Assembly: GCA_046091445.1 (NCBI GenBank)
Contig: JBJTBO010000288.1
Location: 1 to 34,878 of the forward strand
From: Planctomycetaceae bacterium
GTDB lineage: Bacteria; Planctomycetota; Planctomycetia; Pirellulales; UBA1268
Direction: 5' to 3'
Length of the DNA stretch: 34,878 nt
Shown here: positions 1 through 12,344 of the stretch, piece by piece
How the letters are laid out: each line of letters begins with the position of its first letter
How positions within the stretch are numbered: the first letter of the stretch is position 1
Program-made: the position numbers and the translations under genes
The notes under the pieces: generated by a model
Told to the model about the DNA's origin: nothing
The model's input: the letters and a program-made list of their open reading frames with translations, nothing else
Databases searched by the model: none

Positions 1-1080
1 TCGCGGCACCGACGAGCGTGCGCCGCGCGACGCTCCACCAGCCGGGCCGCGCGAGGGCGTGATACGGCGAGTCGGACGGCAGCACCGCCACGAGGTGCTC
101 GTGGGCGGCCTGCAGGGTGTGGTAGGGCAGCGACGGAAAGAGGTGGTGCAGCGCGTGGAAGCGGATCGAGAAGGGAAAGAGCAGGAGCGTGAGCGGGTCG
201 TTCGTCGTGAAATTGCAGGAGTCGAGGATGTGCGCCTCGAGATCGACGCGGTCGCCGTCACCCTCGAAGTGGTGATCGGCGAGCTGCCGCATCGGATTGA
301 GCAGGACGGTGCCGACCGCAAGCGCGTAGAGCAGCGGGATGCGCGTCCACGGATTGAGCCCGAGCAGGACGAGCAGCGGGATGAGCGCCGCCCGCAGGAA
401 GCAGGGGATCTCCACGAGCAGGATCGCACGCCGGTCGGCGGCGGTCAGGCGCCGCTCGTAGCGCCGATTGAGCGTGAGCGCCGAGGCCCTGCGGAGGGTC
501 CACTCGCGCACCGCCGGATGGACGAACGTGAGCGGGGCGAGCAGGAACCGCAGGAACACGATGCCCGGAAACGCGACGACCGCCACGGCGTACGCCGCGA
601 GGCTGGCCGGATTGCCCCCCTCCATCACGTTCGCGACGTATTCCGGATCCTCGGCCGTGCCATAGAGGCGCTGGCTGTGGTGGTCGCGGTGGTGGCGGGT
701 GAAGAACGGGCTCGGCATGAGCGTCATGACGCCCGCGAGGGCGTTCCATGCCGCCTTGAACGCCGTCATCTCGTGCTCGCCGAGGTGGCACACCTCGTGG
801 ATGAGCGACCCGAGCCGGTAGAGCCAGAAGGCCGCGATCGGAAAGGCGACGAGCTGCGGCCACGACCCGAGCGGGGCGGAGAGATAGAGGCCCGCGGCGG
901 TGTAGGCGGCCACGAGGCTGACGACGAAGTCGGTCCAGTACCGCCACGGCGAGACGCGGAAGAAATCGGTGTCGGCCTCGCGGATCGCCCGCCGGACGTC
1001 GCGGATCCACTCCGCGTGCTGCAGCTCGCCGTCAGATCCCGATCGCTCCGGGGCGATGGTCGCCCCGCTGCACGCCTCCA
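1..1080 (-). CDS. Fatty acid desaturase family membrane protein (3' end outside window)
   Basis: Absent from the ORF track because it runs off the left edge. Reverse-strand translation from ATG at 1080 stays open for 360 codons down to position 1 (MEACSGATIAPERSG...). It contains the three histidine boxes of membrane desaturases (HEVCH, HHRDHH, HALHH), hydrophobic spans and a strong G/C third-position bias. Confidence 0.85.
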
Positions 1081-1208
1081 TGCCGATCGCCTCCTGCGCA
1101 ACCCGATCACCAGGGCATTGCACCAGAGAACGACGGCCTCCGCCAGCCCGACCGCGAATCGGCCCGGGCCCGGGACGTCAGGCGCCCCACGCCTCGGGCA
1201 CCCGACGA

Positions 1209-2722
1209 TCAAGCCAGGATCTCGCGAATGACGCGGCCGTGGACGTCCGTGAGGCGGCGGTCGAAGCCGTTGTGACGGAAGGTGAGTCGCTCGTGGTCGA
1301 GTCCGAGCAGGTGGAGAATGGTCGCGTTGAAGTCGTACAGGGGACGGGGATCCACCACCGCCTTCACCCCCAGTTCGTCGGTGGCGCCGTAACTCACGCC
1401 CGGCCTCACACCGGCCCCGGTCATCCAGCAGGTGAAGCCGTCGGGGTTGTGATCGCGGCCCTTCGCTCCCTTCTGGAAGAACGGCATGCGGCCGAACTCC
1501 GTGCACCACACGACGAGCGTCTCGGCGAGGAGCCCGCGCTGCCTGAGATCGCGGATGAGCGCCGCCGCCGGCTGATCGAGGATCGACGCGTGCCGGTCGT
1601 ACTGCTCCTTGAGCTTCGAGTGGCCGTCCCAGTTCAGCTCGCCGCCGCTGGCATAGGCGCCGTTGAAGAGCTGCACGAACCGCACGCCCCGCTCGACGAG
1701 GCGTCGCGCCAGGATGCAGTTCCGCGCGAAGGCGGCCTTGAGGGGATTGGCCGTGTCGTCGGCCCCGTAGTCGCGGAGCGTCGCCGCCGTTTCCGAAGAC
1801 AGGTCGGAGAGCTCGGGCACGGAGAGCTGCATCCGCGCGGCCAGCTCGTACGCGGCGATCCTCGCGGCGAGCGCCCCGTCCTCGGGATGCCGCCGCAGGT
1901 GCTCCTCGTTGAGCCGCCGGAGCAGGCCCCGCGCGTCACGATCGGCCGCGGGCGGGACGCCGGAGGCGGGCGCGAGGTGCCGCACCGGCGCGGCGGCGGA
2001 GAGCACCGTGCCCTGAAACTCCGCCGGCAGGAAGCCGGGCCCCCAGTTGTTGCCACTGGCCTGCGGAATCCCGCGCGGGTCGAGGATCGGGACGAACGCC
2101 GGCAGGTCCTGGCTCTCACTGCCGAGCGCATACGTGATCCACGCGCCGAGGCTCGGAAAACCGTCGAAGATCGATCCGGTGGAGAGGAAGTTCTCCGCGG
2201 GACCATGCGTGTTCGTGCGGCTCGTGAGCGAGTGCACGAAGGCGATCTCGTCGGTCAGGCCGGCGAGGTGCGGGATCATCTCCGACACCCACTTGCCCGT
2301 CCCGCCCCGCGGCTTGAACGCGTACTGCGGCCGCGCGAGGTTGCCCGCCGGACCCTGGAACGTCACGGCCGGCCCTCCAGGGAGCGGCTTGTCGTCCCAG
2401 GTCACGAGCTCCGGCTTCCAGTCCCACGTCTCGAGCTGGCTCACGGCCCCCGCGCAGAAGATCACGAGCACGTTCTTCGCCCTCGCGGCGAAGTGCGGCG
2501 GTCGGGGCGCATAGGGACGCGTCGGATCGATCACCGGGCCCGACGACGGACCCGCCGCGAGGAGCCGGTCGTCGGCGAGCAGGCTCGCCAGCGCGATCGA
2601 TCCGAGCGCCGTCGCCGAATCGCCGAGGAAGCCCCGCCGATCGAGCAGGCTCCGCGGCGACCGGCACGCGCCGTCAGGCTCGGACATGGTGGTGGTTCCC
2701 GCGGATGGCACAGGCCGCCCCG

Positions 2723-2726
<4 letters not shown>
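1209..2726 (-). CDS. DUF1501 domain protein (sulfatase/alkaline-phosphatase fold), Tat-exported, sub-type A
   Basis: 505-aa ORF. Twin-arginine motif DRRGFLG is followed by a hydrophobic region. Motifs [31 protein letters not shown] and [21 protein letters not shown] are typical of DUF1501. The GTG start at 2726 overlaps the upstream TGA (GTGA coupling); ATG at 2687 is an alternative start. Confidence 0.9.
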
Positions 2727-5593
<2,867 letters not shown>

Positions 5594-5698
5594 GAGCTGC
5601 TCACCGGTTCACGTTCGTGTCGCCGTCCGTCCCGAATTGTAGAGTACCGTCGGCGGCACCGGACCCGTCGCCCCACGAGCCTTTGCGGAGCAGCGAGC

Positions 5699-7075
5699 AT
5701 GGCCCGATCCCCGACGAGCGAGTCCCGCGGTCGATCCCGGACGGGACCCGGCCCGTGCGCAGCCGACGCGGCGCGACGACGATCCGCCGTGCTGCCGGTC
5801 GTGAGCCTCGTCCTCGTCGTCGCGACCGCATCGTCCGCCCGGGCCGAGACGTGGCCGGGGTGGCGCGGTCCCCGCGGCGACGGGACGAGTCAGGAGCGGG
5901 ACGTGCCCCTGCGCTGGGGACCGGACGGGGGTGTCTGCTGGCGGGTGGACGTCCCGGGCGAGGGACACGCGTCGCCGATCGTCACCGGGGGACGCATCTT
6001 CGTCGTTTCGTGCGACACCGATTCGCTCGAGCGGCTGCTCGTCTGCTACGACGCCGAGACCGGCGCGCTTCGGTGGCGGCGCACCGTGCTCACGGCGCCG
6101 CTCGAGATCAAGCACGGCCTCAACAGCTACGCGTCGAGCACGCCCGCCACGGACGGCGAACGGGTCTTCGTCGCCTTCTGGGAAACCACGGGGGAGCTCG
6201 TCCCGGCACGCAACGTCTCGGCCGAACGGGACGCATCCTTCGGCCGCATGTGCGTGGCGGCGTACGACATGGACGGCGAACGCCGCTGGCTCGTCCATCC
6301 GGGGGAGTTCACGAGCTGCCACGGCTTCTGCTCCTGTCCCGTCCTCGTCGGCCGTCTCGTGATCGTCAACGGCGACCACGACGGCGAGGGCTACATCGTC
6401 GCCCTCGACCGCGACACGGGCCGCACGGTCTGGAAGATCCCCCGCGACCACCACACGCGCAGCTACGTCACGCCGCTGGTGCGCACGTTCGCCGGCCGCG
6501 CGCAGGCAATCCTGTCGGGCAGCCGGCACGTCGCCGCCTACGACCCCGCCACCGGCACCGAGCTGTGGCGCGTCCGCGGGCCGACGGAGCAGTTCGTCGC
6601 CGCGCTCGTCGACGATGGCACCCGCGTCATGCTCACGGGCGGCTACCCCGACAAGGTCATCCTCGCGATCGATCCCACGGGCTCCGGCGACGTGACCGAC
6701 ACCCACGTCGCCTGGAAGTCCACCCGCAACTGCGCCTACGTGCCGGCGCCCGTCGTCGTCGACGGCCATCTCCTGCTCACCAGCGACGACGGGGTTGCCA
6801 GCTGCTACGCCACGGCGTCGGGTGAGCGGCTCTGGAACGCGCGGCTCGGCACGCACTACAGCGGGTCCCCCGTGGCGGCGGGCGGGCTGGCCTACTTCAC
6901 CGACGACGACGGCATCACGAAGGTGATCCGCCCGGGACCGTCGTTCGACGTCGTCGCCGAGAACCGGCTCGACGAGCGGGTCTTCTCGTCGCCCGCCATC
7001 AGCGACGGGGCGATCTACTTCCGCACCGCCGGCCATCTCGTGCGGATCGCCTCCGCGTGCGCACGTATCGAGTGA
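5699..7075 (+). CDS. PQQ-like (BamB-type) beta-propeller repeat protein, secreted
   Basis: This is the C-terminal 459 codons of the 1456-aa track ORF. Only this part reads like a protein: ATG at 5699, signal peptide ...RRRSAVLPVVSLVLVVATASSARA/ETW, then WPGWRGPRGDG and repeated ...G(R/A)I(F/Y)...D...L.C.DA.TG...W motifs typical of PQQ-like propellers. An in-frame GTG at 5789 is an alternative start. Confidence 0.85.
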   Translation: MARSPTSESRGRSRTGPGPCAADAARRRSAVLPVVSLVLVVATASSARAETWPGWRGPRGDGTSQERDVPLRWGPDGGVCWRVDVPGEGHASPIVTGGRIFVVSCDTDSLERLLVCYDAETGALRWRRTVLTAPLEIKHGLNSYASSTPATDGERVFVAFWETTGELVPARNVSAERDASFGRMCVAAYDMDGERRWLVHPGEFTSCHGFCSCPVLVGRLVIVNGDHDGEGYIVALDRDTGRTVWKIPRDHHTRSYVTPLVRTFAGRAQAILSGSRHVAAYDPATGTELWRVRGPTEQFVAALVDDGTRVMLTGGYPDKVILAIDPTGSGDVTDTHVAWKSTRNCAYVPAPVVVDGHLLLTSDDGVASCYATASGERLWNARLGTHYSGSPVAAGGLAYFTDDDGITKVIRPGPSFDVVAENRLDERVFSSPAISDGAIYFRTAGHLVRIASACARIE

Positions 7076-7119
7076 CCCGCGACGGTCCGCCTCGGCGGGT
7101 GACCCCCGGCGGCCAGGGA

Positions 7120-8607
7120 TCAGCCGGTGCGCGGGATCGGGCGGCCGGCGGCCAGCGTCGCGAGCAGGGATCGCGGCAGCCCCTCGAGCAGCCTCACCTC
7201 GGCCGGGTCGAAGACCGTCTCGGCGATCGTCGCCACGAGGTCGGGAATCGTGATCGGATCGGAGGCCGGCTGGCCGCCGTCTCGCGAGGACCGGCCGATC
7301 ACGCGGCCACCCTCGAAGCCGCCCCCGTAGAGGATGAGCGGCGCGAGGCCGCCCCAGTGGTCACGGCCACCCCGCGGATTGATGACCGGCGTCCGCCCCA
7401 TCTCGCCGCAGCAGACGAGGAGGATCTTGTCCCGCAGCCCCCGCGACTCGATGTCGTCGATGAGCGCGGCCACCGCATGGTCGAAGGGAGCACCGACGTA
7501 GCCCATGCCCTCGACCATCGTCGCGTTGTTGATGTCGGCGTGCATGTCCCAGACGAAGCTCGTCGTCACGGTGACGAAGCCCGCGCCGCGCTCGCAGAGC
7601 CGGCGGGCGAGCAGGAGCAGGCGGCCGATCGAGCGGCCGTGGTCCGCATAATGCCGGTGATTGTTCCAGCGGGTGTCGATCGTGTCGGTGCGGAACCGGC
7701 TCGCGGTGTCGTAGCGATCGACGAGACGTGGATCCTCGTGGTCGAGATCGAAGGCGTCGGAGACGCCGCGCATGAGCAGGTCGAACGCGCGGTGCTGTTC
7801 GTCGGACGCGCCGCGGATGGCCGCCAGATCGAGCCAGCGACGGCCGTCGTCGATCGCGGCGAGCAGCGCCCGGCGGTCGGCCAGACGATGCTGCGGGATC
7901 TGCAGCCGCATGTCGTCGAGCAACCCGGCCTGGTCACCGCCGGGGACGATGGGGGCGCTGGCAGGACCGTTGTCGCCCGTGGCCCGGAAATCGCCGAACT
8001 GGACGATCGGCGGACCGGCGTCGTCGCGGACCGCCTGCGGAACGAGCAGCACGTTCGTGGGCATCGCCGTTCCCGGTCGCAGCGGCCCGGCCACCCGCGC
8101 GTAGATCGATCCGAGGCTGGCACCGCCGGTGGCCGTGCCGACCACCGGCTTGATGTCGTGCTGCCCGTCGCCGGTGACGAACGACCGCACGATCGAAAGC
8201 AGGTGGGCCCGCGCGGCCAGCTGCGGAAACGTGCCTCCGAACGAGACGCCGGGGATGCTCGACGCGACCTCGCCCGTCGCGCTCCGCGCGTGGGGCGGTC
8301 CGTCCCCCTTCGGGTCGAACGTCTCGAACTGCGACGGTCCCCCGTGCATGAAGAGGAAGATGACCGAGCGGTCCCGCAGGAACGGCGGCAGGCGGCCACC
8401 GTGCGGCGCGGCGGCCACCTCGCCGGTGGCCCGCCCGCCCAGAAGGTCGGCGAGTCCCGCGACGGCCCCGCCGAATCCGGCCGCCCCGATCCGGAGGAAC
8501 GGCCTGCGGGCGCTGCGTCCGCCCACCCGCACGTGGTCGCCGATCGTCAGCATGACCGTGCCGCTCCCACGCCAGCCGTCACGCGGCACACCGTCACCGG
8601 AGGCCAC
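7120..8607 (-). CDS. DUF1501 domain protein, Tat-exported, sub-type B (no adjacent PSD partner)
   Basis: 495-aa ORF. RR motif ARRPFLRIGAAG, VIFLFMHGGPSQFETFDPK, FVWDMHAD, and GGRDHWGGLAPLILYGGGFEGGRVIG. ATG at 8553 is an alternative start. Confidence 0.88.
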   Translation of the reverse strand: MASGDGVPRDGWRGSGTVMLTIGDHVRVGGRSARRPFLRIGAAGFGGAVAGLADLLGGRATGEVAAAPHGGRLPPFLRDRSVIFLFMHGGPSQFETFDPKGDGPPHARSATGEVASSIPGVSFGGTFPQLAARAHLLSIVRSFVTGDGQHDIKPVVGTATGGASLGSIYARVAGPLRPGTAMPTNVLLVPQAVRDDAGPPIVQFGDFRATGDNGPASAPIVPGGDQAGLLDDMRLQIPQHRLADRRALLAAIDDGRRWLDLAAIRGASDEQHRAFDLLMRGVSDAFDLDHEDPRLVDRYDTASRFRTDTIDTRWNNHRHYADHGRSIGRLLLLARRLCERGAGFVTVTTSFVWDMHADINNATMVEGMGYVGAPFDHAVAALIDDIESRGLRDKILLVCCGEMGRTPVINPRGGRDHWGGLAPLILYGGGFEGGRVIGRSSRDGGQPASDPITIPDLVATIAETVFDPAEVRLLEGLPRSLLATLAAGRPIPRTG

Positions 8608-8665
8608 GTGAAGCGAGAACCGTGCGGCCCTCGCCGAGCCCCGAGTCTACCCCGACCGGCATGTT

Positions 8666-8693
8666 TTGCACGCCGGTACCAGGCCGCTATCTT
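8666..8693 (+). promoter_or_regulatory. Candidate sigma70-like promoter (TTGCAC-N16-TATCTT) for the hydrolase-fusion gene
   Basis: TTGCAC at 8666..8671 and TATCTT at 8688..8693 are separated by a 16-nt spacer. This is the most AT-rich stretch of the divergent intergenic region and lies 45 nt upstream of ATG 8738. Planctomycete promoter consensus is poorly defined, so this is weak. Confidence 0.3.
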
Positions 8694-8737
8694 CCGCTGA
8701 TCCCGGCCCTGATGCGACCTGCTCGAGGAGCGATCCG

Positions 8738-11206
8738 ATGCGCGCGATCCTGTCGATGGGCGTGGTCTGCATCGCGTGCGCCTGGCACGCGCTCGACGCC
8801 CGCGGGCTCGCGGCGGGCGTCGACTCCGCCGTCTGGAAGGCCGGCGTCGCCCGCGACAGCATCACCCCGTCGGACGGCATGTGGATGTCGGGGTACGCCG
8901 GTCGCGACCGTCCGGCCGACGGGAAGCTCACCGACCTCTGGGCCAAGGCGCTCGCCTTCGAGGACGGAGCAGGTGCGCGGCATGTCCTCGTCGTGCTCGA
9001 TCTCGGGGGCATCGACCGGGAGACGGCGCAGGCGATCGCCGGCGGCGTCACCGCCACGCACGGACTGCCGCGCGAGGCGCTCGCGCTCGCCACCACGCAC
9101 ACGCACAGCGGGCCGATCGTCGGCGACAACCTGCGCGCGATGTCCGCGCTCGACGATGCCGTGTGGGCGCTCGTGCGGCGCGACACGGAGCGGCTCGTCG
9201 CGACCGTCGTGCGGGTGGTCGGCGAGGCGCTCGACGACCTGCGACCGGCGGAGGTCGCGTGGACCGTCGGTCGCGCGCACGTGGCCGTGAACCGCCGAGC
9301 CAATGCCGAGAAGGAGGTGCCCGACCTGCGGGCGGCCGACCGGCTCGCCGGCCCGGTGGACCACGACGTGCCCGTGCTCGTGGTGCGCGAACCGGGCGTG
9401 GATGGCGACCCCGGCGTCCGCGCGGTGGTCGCGGGCTATGCCTGCCATGCCACGGTGCTCTCGGGGTACCAGTGGTCGGGAGACTGGCCGGGCTACGCAC
9501 AGATCGAGCTCGAGAGGCGGTATCCGCGCGCCACCGCGCTCGTCTGGATCGGCTGCGGGGCCGATCAGAATCCGCTGCCGCGCCGCACCGTCGAACTCGC
9601 CGAACGCTACGGCGCCGACTGTGCCACGGCCGTCGCGCAGGCGATCGGACGGCGGACCGTGCCGGTGGCGGGGCGGCTCGCCGCCGCCTTCAGCGAGATT
9701 CCGCTCGAGTTCGCGGCGCTGCCGACCCGCGCGGAACTGGAGCAGGCCGCGACATCCGCCGATCGGTTCCAAGCGGCGCGGGCCCGCCTGCTGCTCGAAA
9801 CGCTGCGTCGCGACGGGAGCCTCGCGCCCGTCTACCCCTACCCGGTGCAGACCTGGCGGCTCGGCGACGGGCCGCACTGGGTCTTCCTGGGTGGCGAGGT
9901 GGTCGTGGACTTCGCCGTGCGCCTGAAGTCGGAACTCGGACCGGGACGGACGTGGGTCGCGGGCTACTGCAACGACGTCATGGCATACATCGCCTCGCGT
10001 CGCGTGCTCGCCGAGGGGGGCTACGAGGGTGCCGGCGCGATGGTCTATTACGGCCTGCCCTCGCCGTGGGCGCCGTCGAGCGAGGATGCGATCGTCGGCG
10101 CGGTCCGCGGCCAGGTGGAGGCCACCGGCGGACCGCCCGCGTCCGAGGCACGATCGATCGCGCCGCGGCCCTACCCCGACCACGCCGACCTCACGACGGT
10201 CCGCGATGCCGCGGGACCGCGGCCGATCGACACCGCGGCCGACTGGCAGGTGCGCCGCCGCGACATCCTCGACGGCATGCAGATGGTGATGGGCCGCCTC
10301 CCGCGTGCCGAGGAACTCGGGCCCCTCGACGTGGTCGAGCGCGGTCGCGAGCCGCTCGACGGCTGTGTGCGGCTCCTCGTGACGTACGGCGCCGGGCCAG
10401 GGCAACGGGTCACCGCGCACCTCTACCTTCCCGATGAGGGCACCGGGCGGGGGGTGGTCGACGCCGCAGGACGACGGCCGGCCGTTCTCGCCCTGCATCC
10501 GACGTCACCACTCGGCAAGCTCATCGTGGCCGGGGACGGTCCGCGGGCCAACCGCGCCTACGCGATCGAGCTGGCCCGTCGCGGCTACGTCGTCCTCGCA
10601 CCCGACTACCCGTCCTTCGGCGAGCTGGCGGACTACGACTTCCACGTCGACTCCCACGCTTCGGGCACGATGGCGGCGATCGTCAATCATCGGCGGGGTG
10701 TTGATCTGCTCGTCGCACGGCCGGAGGTCGACGCCGCGCGGATCGGCGCGATCGGCCATTCGCTCGGCGGTCACAACGCGATCTTCGTCGCCGTCTTCGA
10801 TCCCCGGATCAGGGCGGTCGTGTCGAGCTGCGGCTGGGATCCCTTCCACGCCTACAAGGGAGGCCGGCTCGCCGGCTGGGCGCAGGACCGGTACATGCAA
10901 CGCGTGCGCGAGCTCTACGGCCTCGATCCCGACGCCATGCCGTTCGACTTTCCGGAGGCGGTGGCCGCCCTCGCCCCACGGGGCTGCTTCTCCTCGAGCC
11001 CGCTCCGGGACGACAATTTCTCCGCGGCCGCCGTCGCCGCCGCGGAGCCGGGCATCCGCCGCATCTACCGCCTGCTCGGCGCCGACGACCGCTTCGTGGT
11101 CCGGCAGCCCGACTGCGACCATGACTTCCCGCCGGAGGTGCGCGAGGAGTCCTACGCGTTTCTCGATCGCGTGCTGTCGGAACGCGACCGCGGGGCCGAC
11201 CGCTGA
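8738..11206 (+). CDS. Fusion protein: neutral/alkaline ceramidase-like N-terminal domain + C-terminal alpha/beta hydrolase (GHSLGG)
   Basis: ATG at 8738 gives signal peptide MRAILSMGVVCIACAWHALDA. The N-terminal half has ceramidase-family-like motifs (ITPSDGMWMSGYAGRDRPADG, LATTHTHSGP, GYCNDVMAYI). The C-terminal ~330 aa has alpha/beta-hydrolase features: nucleophile elbow GHSLGG (Ser codon 10760..10762) and a late DCDHDFP His. The track start at 8666 is a TTG that lies within the putative promoter. Confidence 0.8.
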   Translation: MRAILSMGVVCIACAWHALDARGLAAGVDSAVWKAGVARDSITPSDGMWMSGYAGRDRPADGKLTDLWAKALAFEDGAGARHVLVVLDLGGIDRETAQAIAGGVTATHGLPREALALATTHTHSGPIVGDNLRAMSALDDAVWALVRRDTERLVATVVRVVGEALDDLRPAEVAWTVGRAHVAVNRRANAEKEVPDLRAADRLAGPVDHDVPVLVVREPGVDGDPGVRAVVAGYACHATVLSGYQWSGDWPGYAQIELERRYPRATALVWIGCGADQNPLPRRTVELAERYGADCATAVAQAIGRRTVPVAGRLAAAFSEIPLEFAALPTRAELEQAATSADRFQAARARLLLETLRRDGSLAPVYPYPVQTWRLGDGPHWVFLGGEVVVDFAVRLKSELGPGRTWVAGYCNDVMAYIASRRVLAEGGYEGAGAMVYYGLPSPWAPSSEDAIVGAVRGQVEATGGPPASEARSIAPRPYPDHADLTTVRDAAGPRPIDTAADWQVRRRDILDGMQMVMGRLPRAEELGPLDVVERGREPLDGCVRLLVTYGAGPGQRVTAHLYLPDEGTGRGVVDAAGRRPAVLALHPTSPLGKLIVAGDGPRANRAYAIELARRGYVVLAPDYPSFGELADYDFHVDSHASGTMAAIVNHRRGVDLLVARPEVDAARIGAIGHSLGGHNAIFVAVFDPRIRAVVSSCGWDPFHAYKGGRLAGWAQDRYMQRVRELYGLDPDAMPFDFPEAVAALAPRGCFSSSPLRDDNFSAAAVAAAEPGIRRIYRLLGADDRFVVRQPDCDHDFPPEVREESYAFLDRVLSERDRGADR

Positions 11207-11375
11207 CCGCCGTCCCGTCGCGCGTCCGGCCCGACCCGCGTGTACAACGACGTCGGTCGTGGGGGCCCCTCGCGGCTGCTGCAACCGTCCCTGCCACCCC
11301 GTCGCCGGAAGCCGCGTGCACGCCGTCCACCAGTCCGAGCCGACCCCTGCGGTCGGTGCATGCGCGGGCGGCGTC

Positions 11376-12344
11376 ATGCCGCTGCGACTCGAGGGCGTGA
11401 CGAAGCGGTACGGGGCACGCACCGTGCTCGATGGCGTCTCCGTCGAGGTTCCTCCCGGGATCACCGGGCTCGTCGGGCCCAACGGTGCCGGCAAGAGCAC
11501 GCTCGTCCGCGCGATCCTGGGGCTCGTGCGGCTCGCCGCCGGAAGCGCGCGGGTCTACGGACTCGACCCGGCCACGGTGCCGCTGGCCGTGCGCCGCCGC
11601 ATCGGCGTCGTGCCGGAGGACGACTGCTCCGTTCCCGGCCTCTCCGGCGTCGAGATGGTCCAGTACGCCGCGCGACTCTCGGGCCTTCCCTCCACCGAGG
11701 CGCTGCGACGGGCGCACGAGGTGCTCGACTGGTGCGACGCCGGCCAGGAGCGCTACCGCGAGGTCGAGACGCTCTCCGTCGGCATGCGGCAGAAGGTGGC
11801 GTTCGCCGCGGCGATCGTCCACGATCCCGACCTCGTCATCCTCGACGAGCCCACCAACGGCCTCGACCCGCTCGAACGCCGCGCGATGCTCGGCAGGCTC
11901 GTCGCGCTCGCCCGTGACCATGGCAAGACGATCCTCGTCTCGACGCACGTGCTGCGCGACGTGCAGTCGATCTGTGACCGGCTCGTGCTGCTCGTCCGCG
12001 GGCGCGTGCGACTGGCCGGCTCGATCGCCGAACTGACCGGCACCGGCACCGACGAGCTGCGGCTGCGCGGCGCCGGACCGACCGCCCCGCTCGTCGCATG
12101 CCTCACGGCGCACGGGGTGGCAGCGCGGGAGGCGGCCGACGGTGGCGGCGTGCTGCTCCGCGCGGCGGACACCGCCGCCCTGCACGCGGTCTGGGCCGCG
12201 GCACACGACGCCGGCTTCGCGGTCGAGTCGCTGGCAGCCGACCGGCGGCCGCTGGAGGACGTGTTTCTCGCGGCGCTCGCGGCCGCCGACGCGGCCGACG
12301 CCGGTCGGCCCGAGGACGAGGGGCGGTCCGATGCCCCTGCATGA
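11376..12344 (+). CDS. ABC transporter ATP-binding protein (ABC-2 / DrrA-like), module 1
   Basis: MPLRLEGVTKRYG start. Walker A GPNGAGKST, signature-like LSVGMRQK, Walker B LVILDEPTNGLD, H-loop STHVL, and a ~100-aa C-terminal extension. The upstream part of the 636-aa track ORF is an off-frame shadow over the previous gene. Confidence 0.9.
   Translation: MPLRLEGVTKRYGARTVLDGVSVEVPPGITGLVGPNGAGKSTLVRAILGLVRLAAGSARVYGLDPATVPLAVRRRIGVVPEDDCSVPGLSGVEMVQYAARLSGLPSTEALRRAHEVLDWCDAGQERYREVETLSVGMRQKVAFAAAIVHDPDLVILDEPTNGLDPLERRAMLGRLVALARDHGKTILVSTHVLRDVQSICDRLVLLVRGRVRLAGSIAELTGTGTDELRLRGAGPTAPLVACLTAHGVAAREAADGGGVLLRAADTAALHAVWAAAHDAGFAVESLAADRRPLEDVFLAALAAADAADAGRPEDEGRSDAPA

Noticed and set aside
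11314-11323. Perfect 10-bp palindrome GCGTGCACGC, plus a 6-bp-stem hairpin at 11340..11356, upstream of the first ABC gene
   Set aside because: Short GC-rich palindromes of this size are expected many times by chance in 35 kb of ~70% GC DNA. They are not repeated elsewhere in the window and have no flanking half-site structure.
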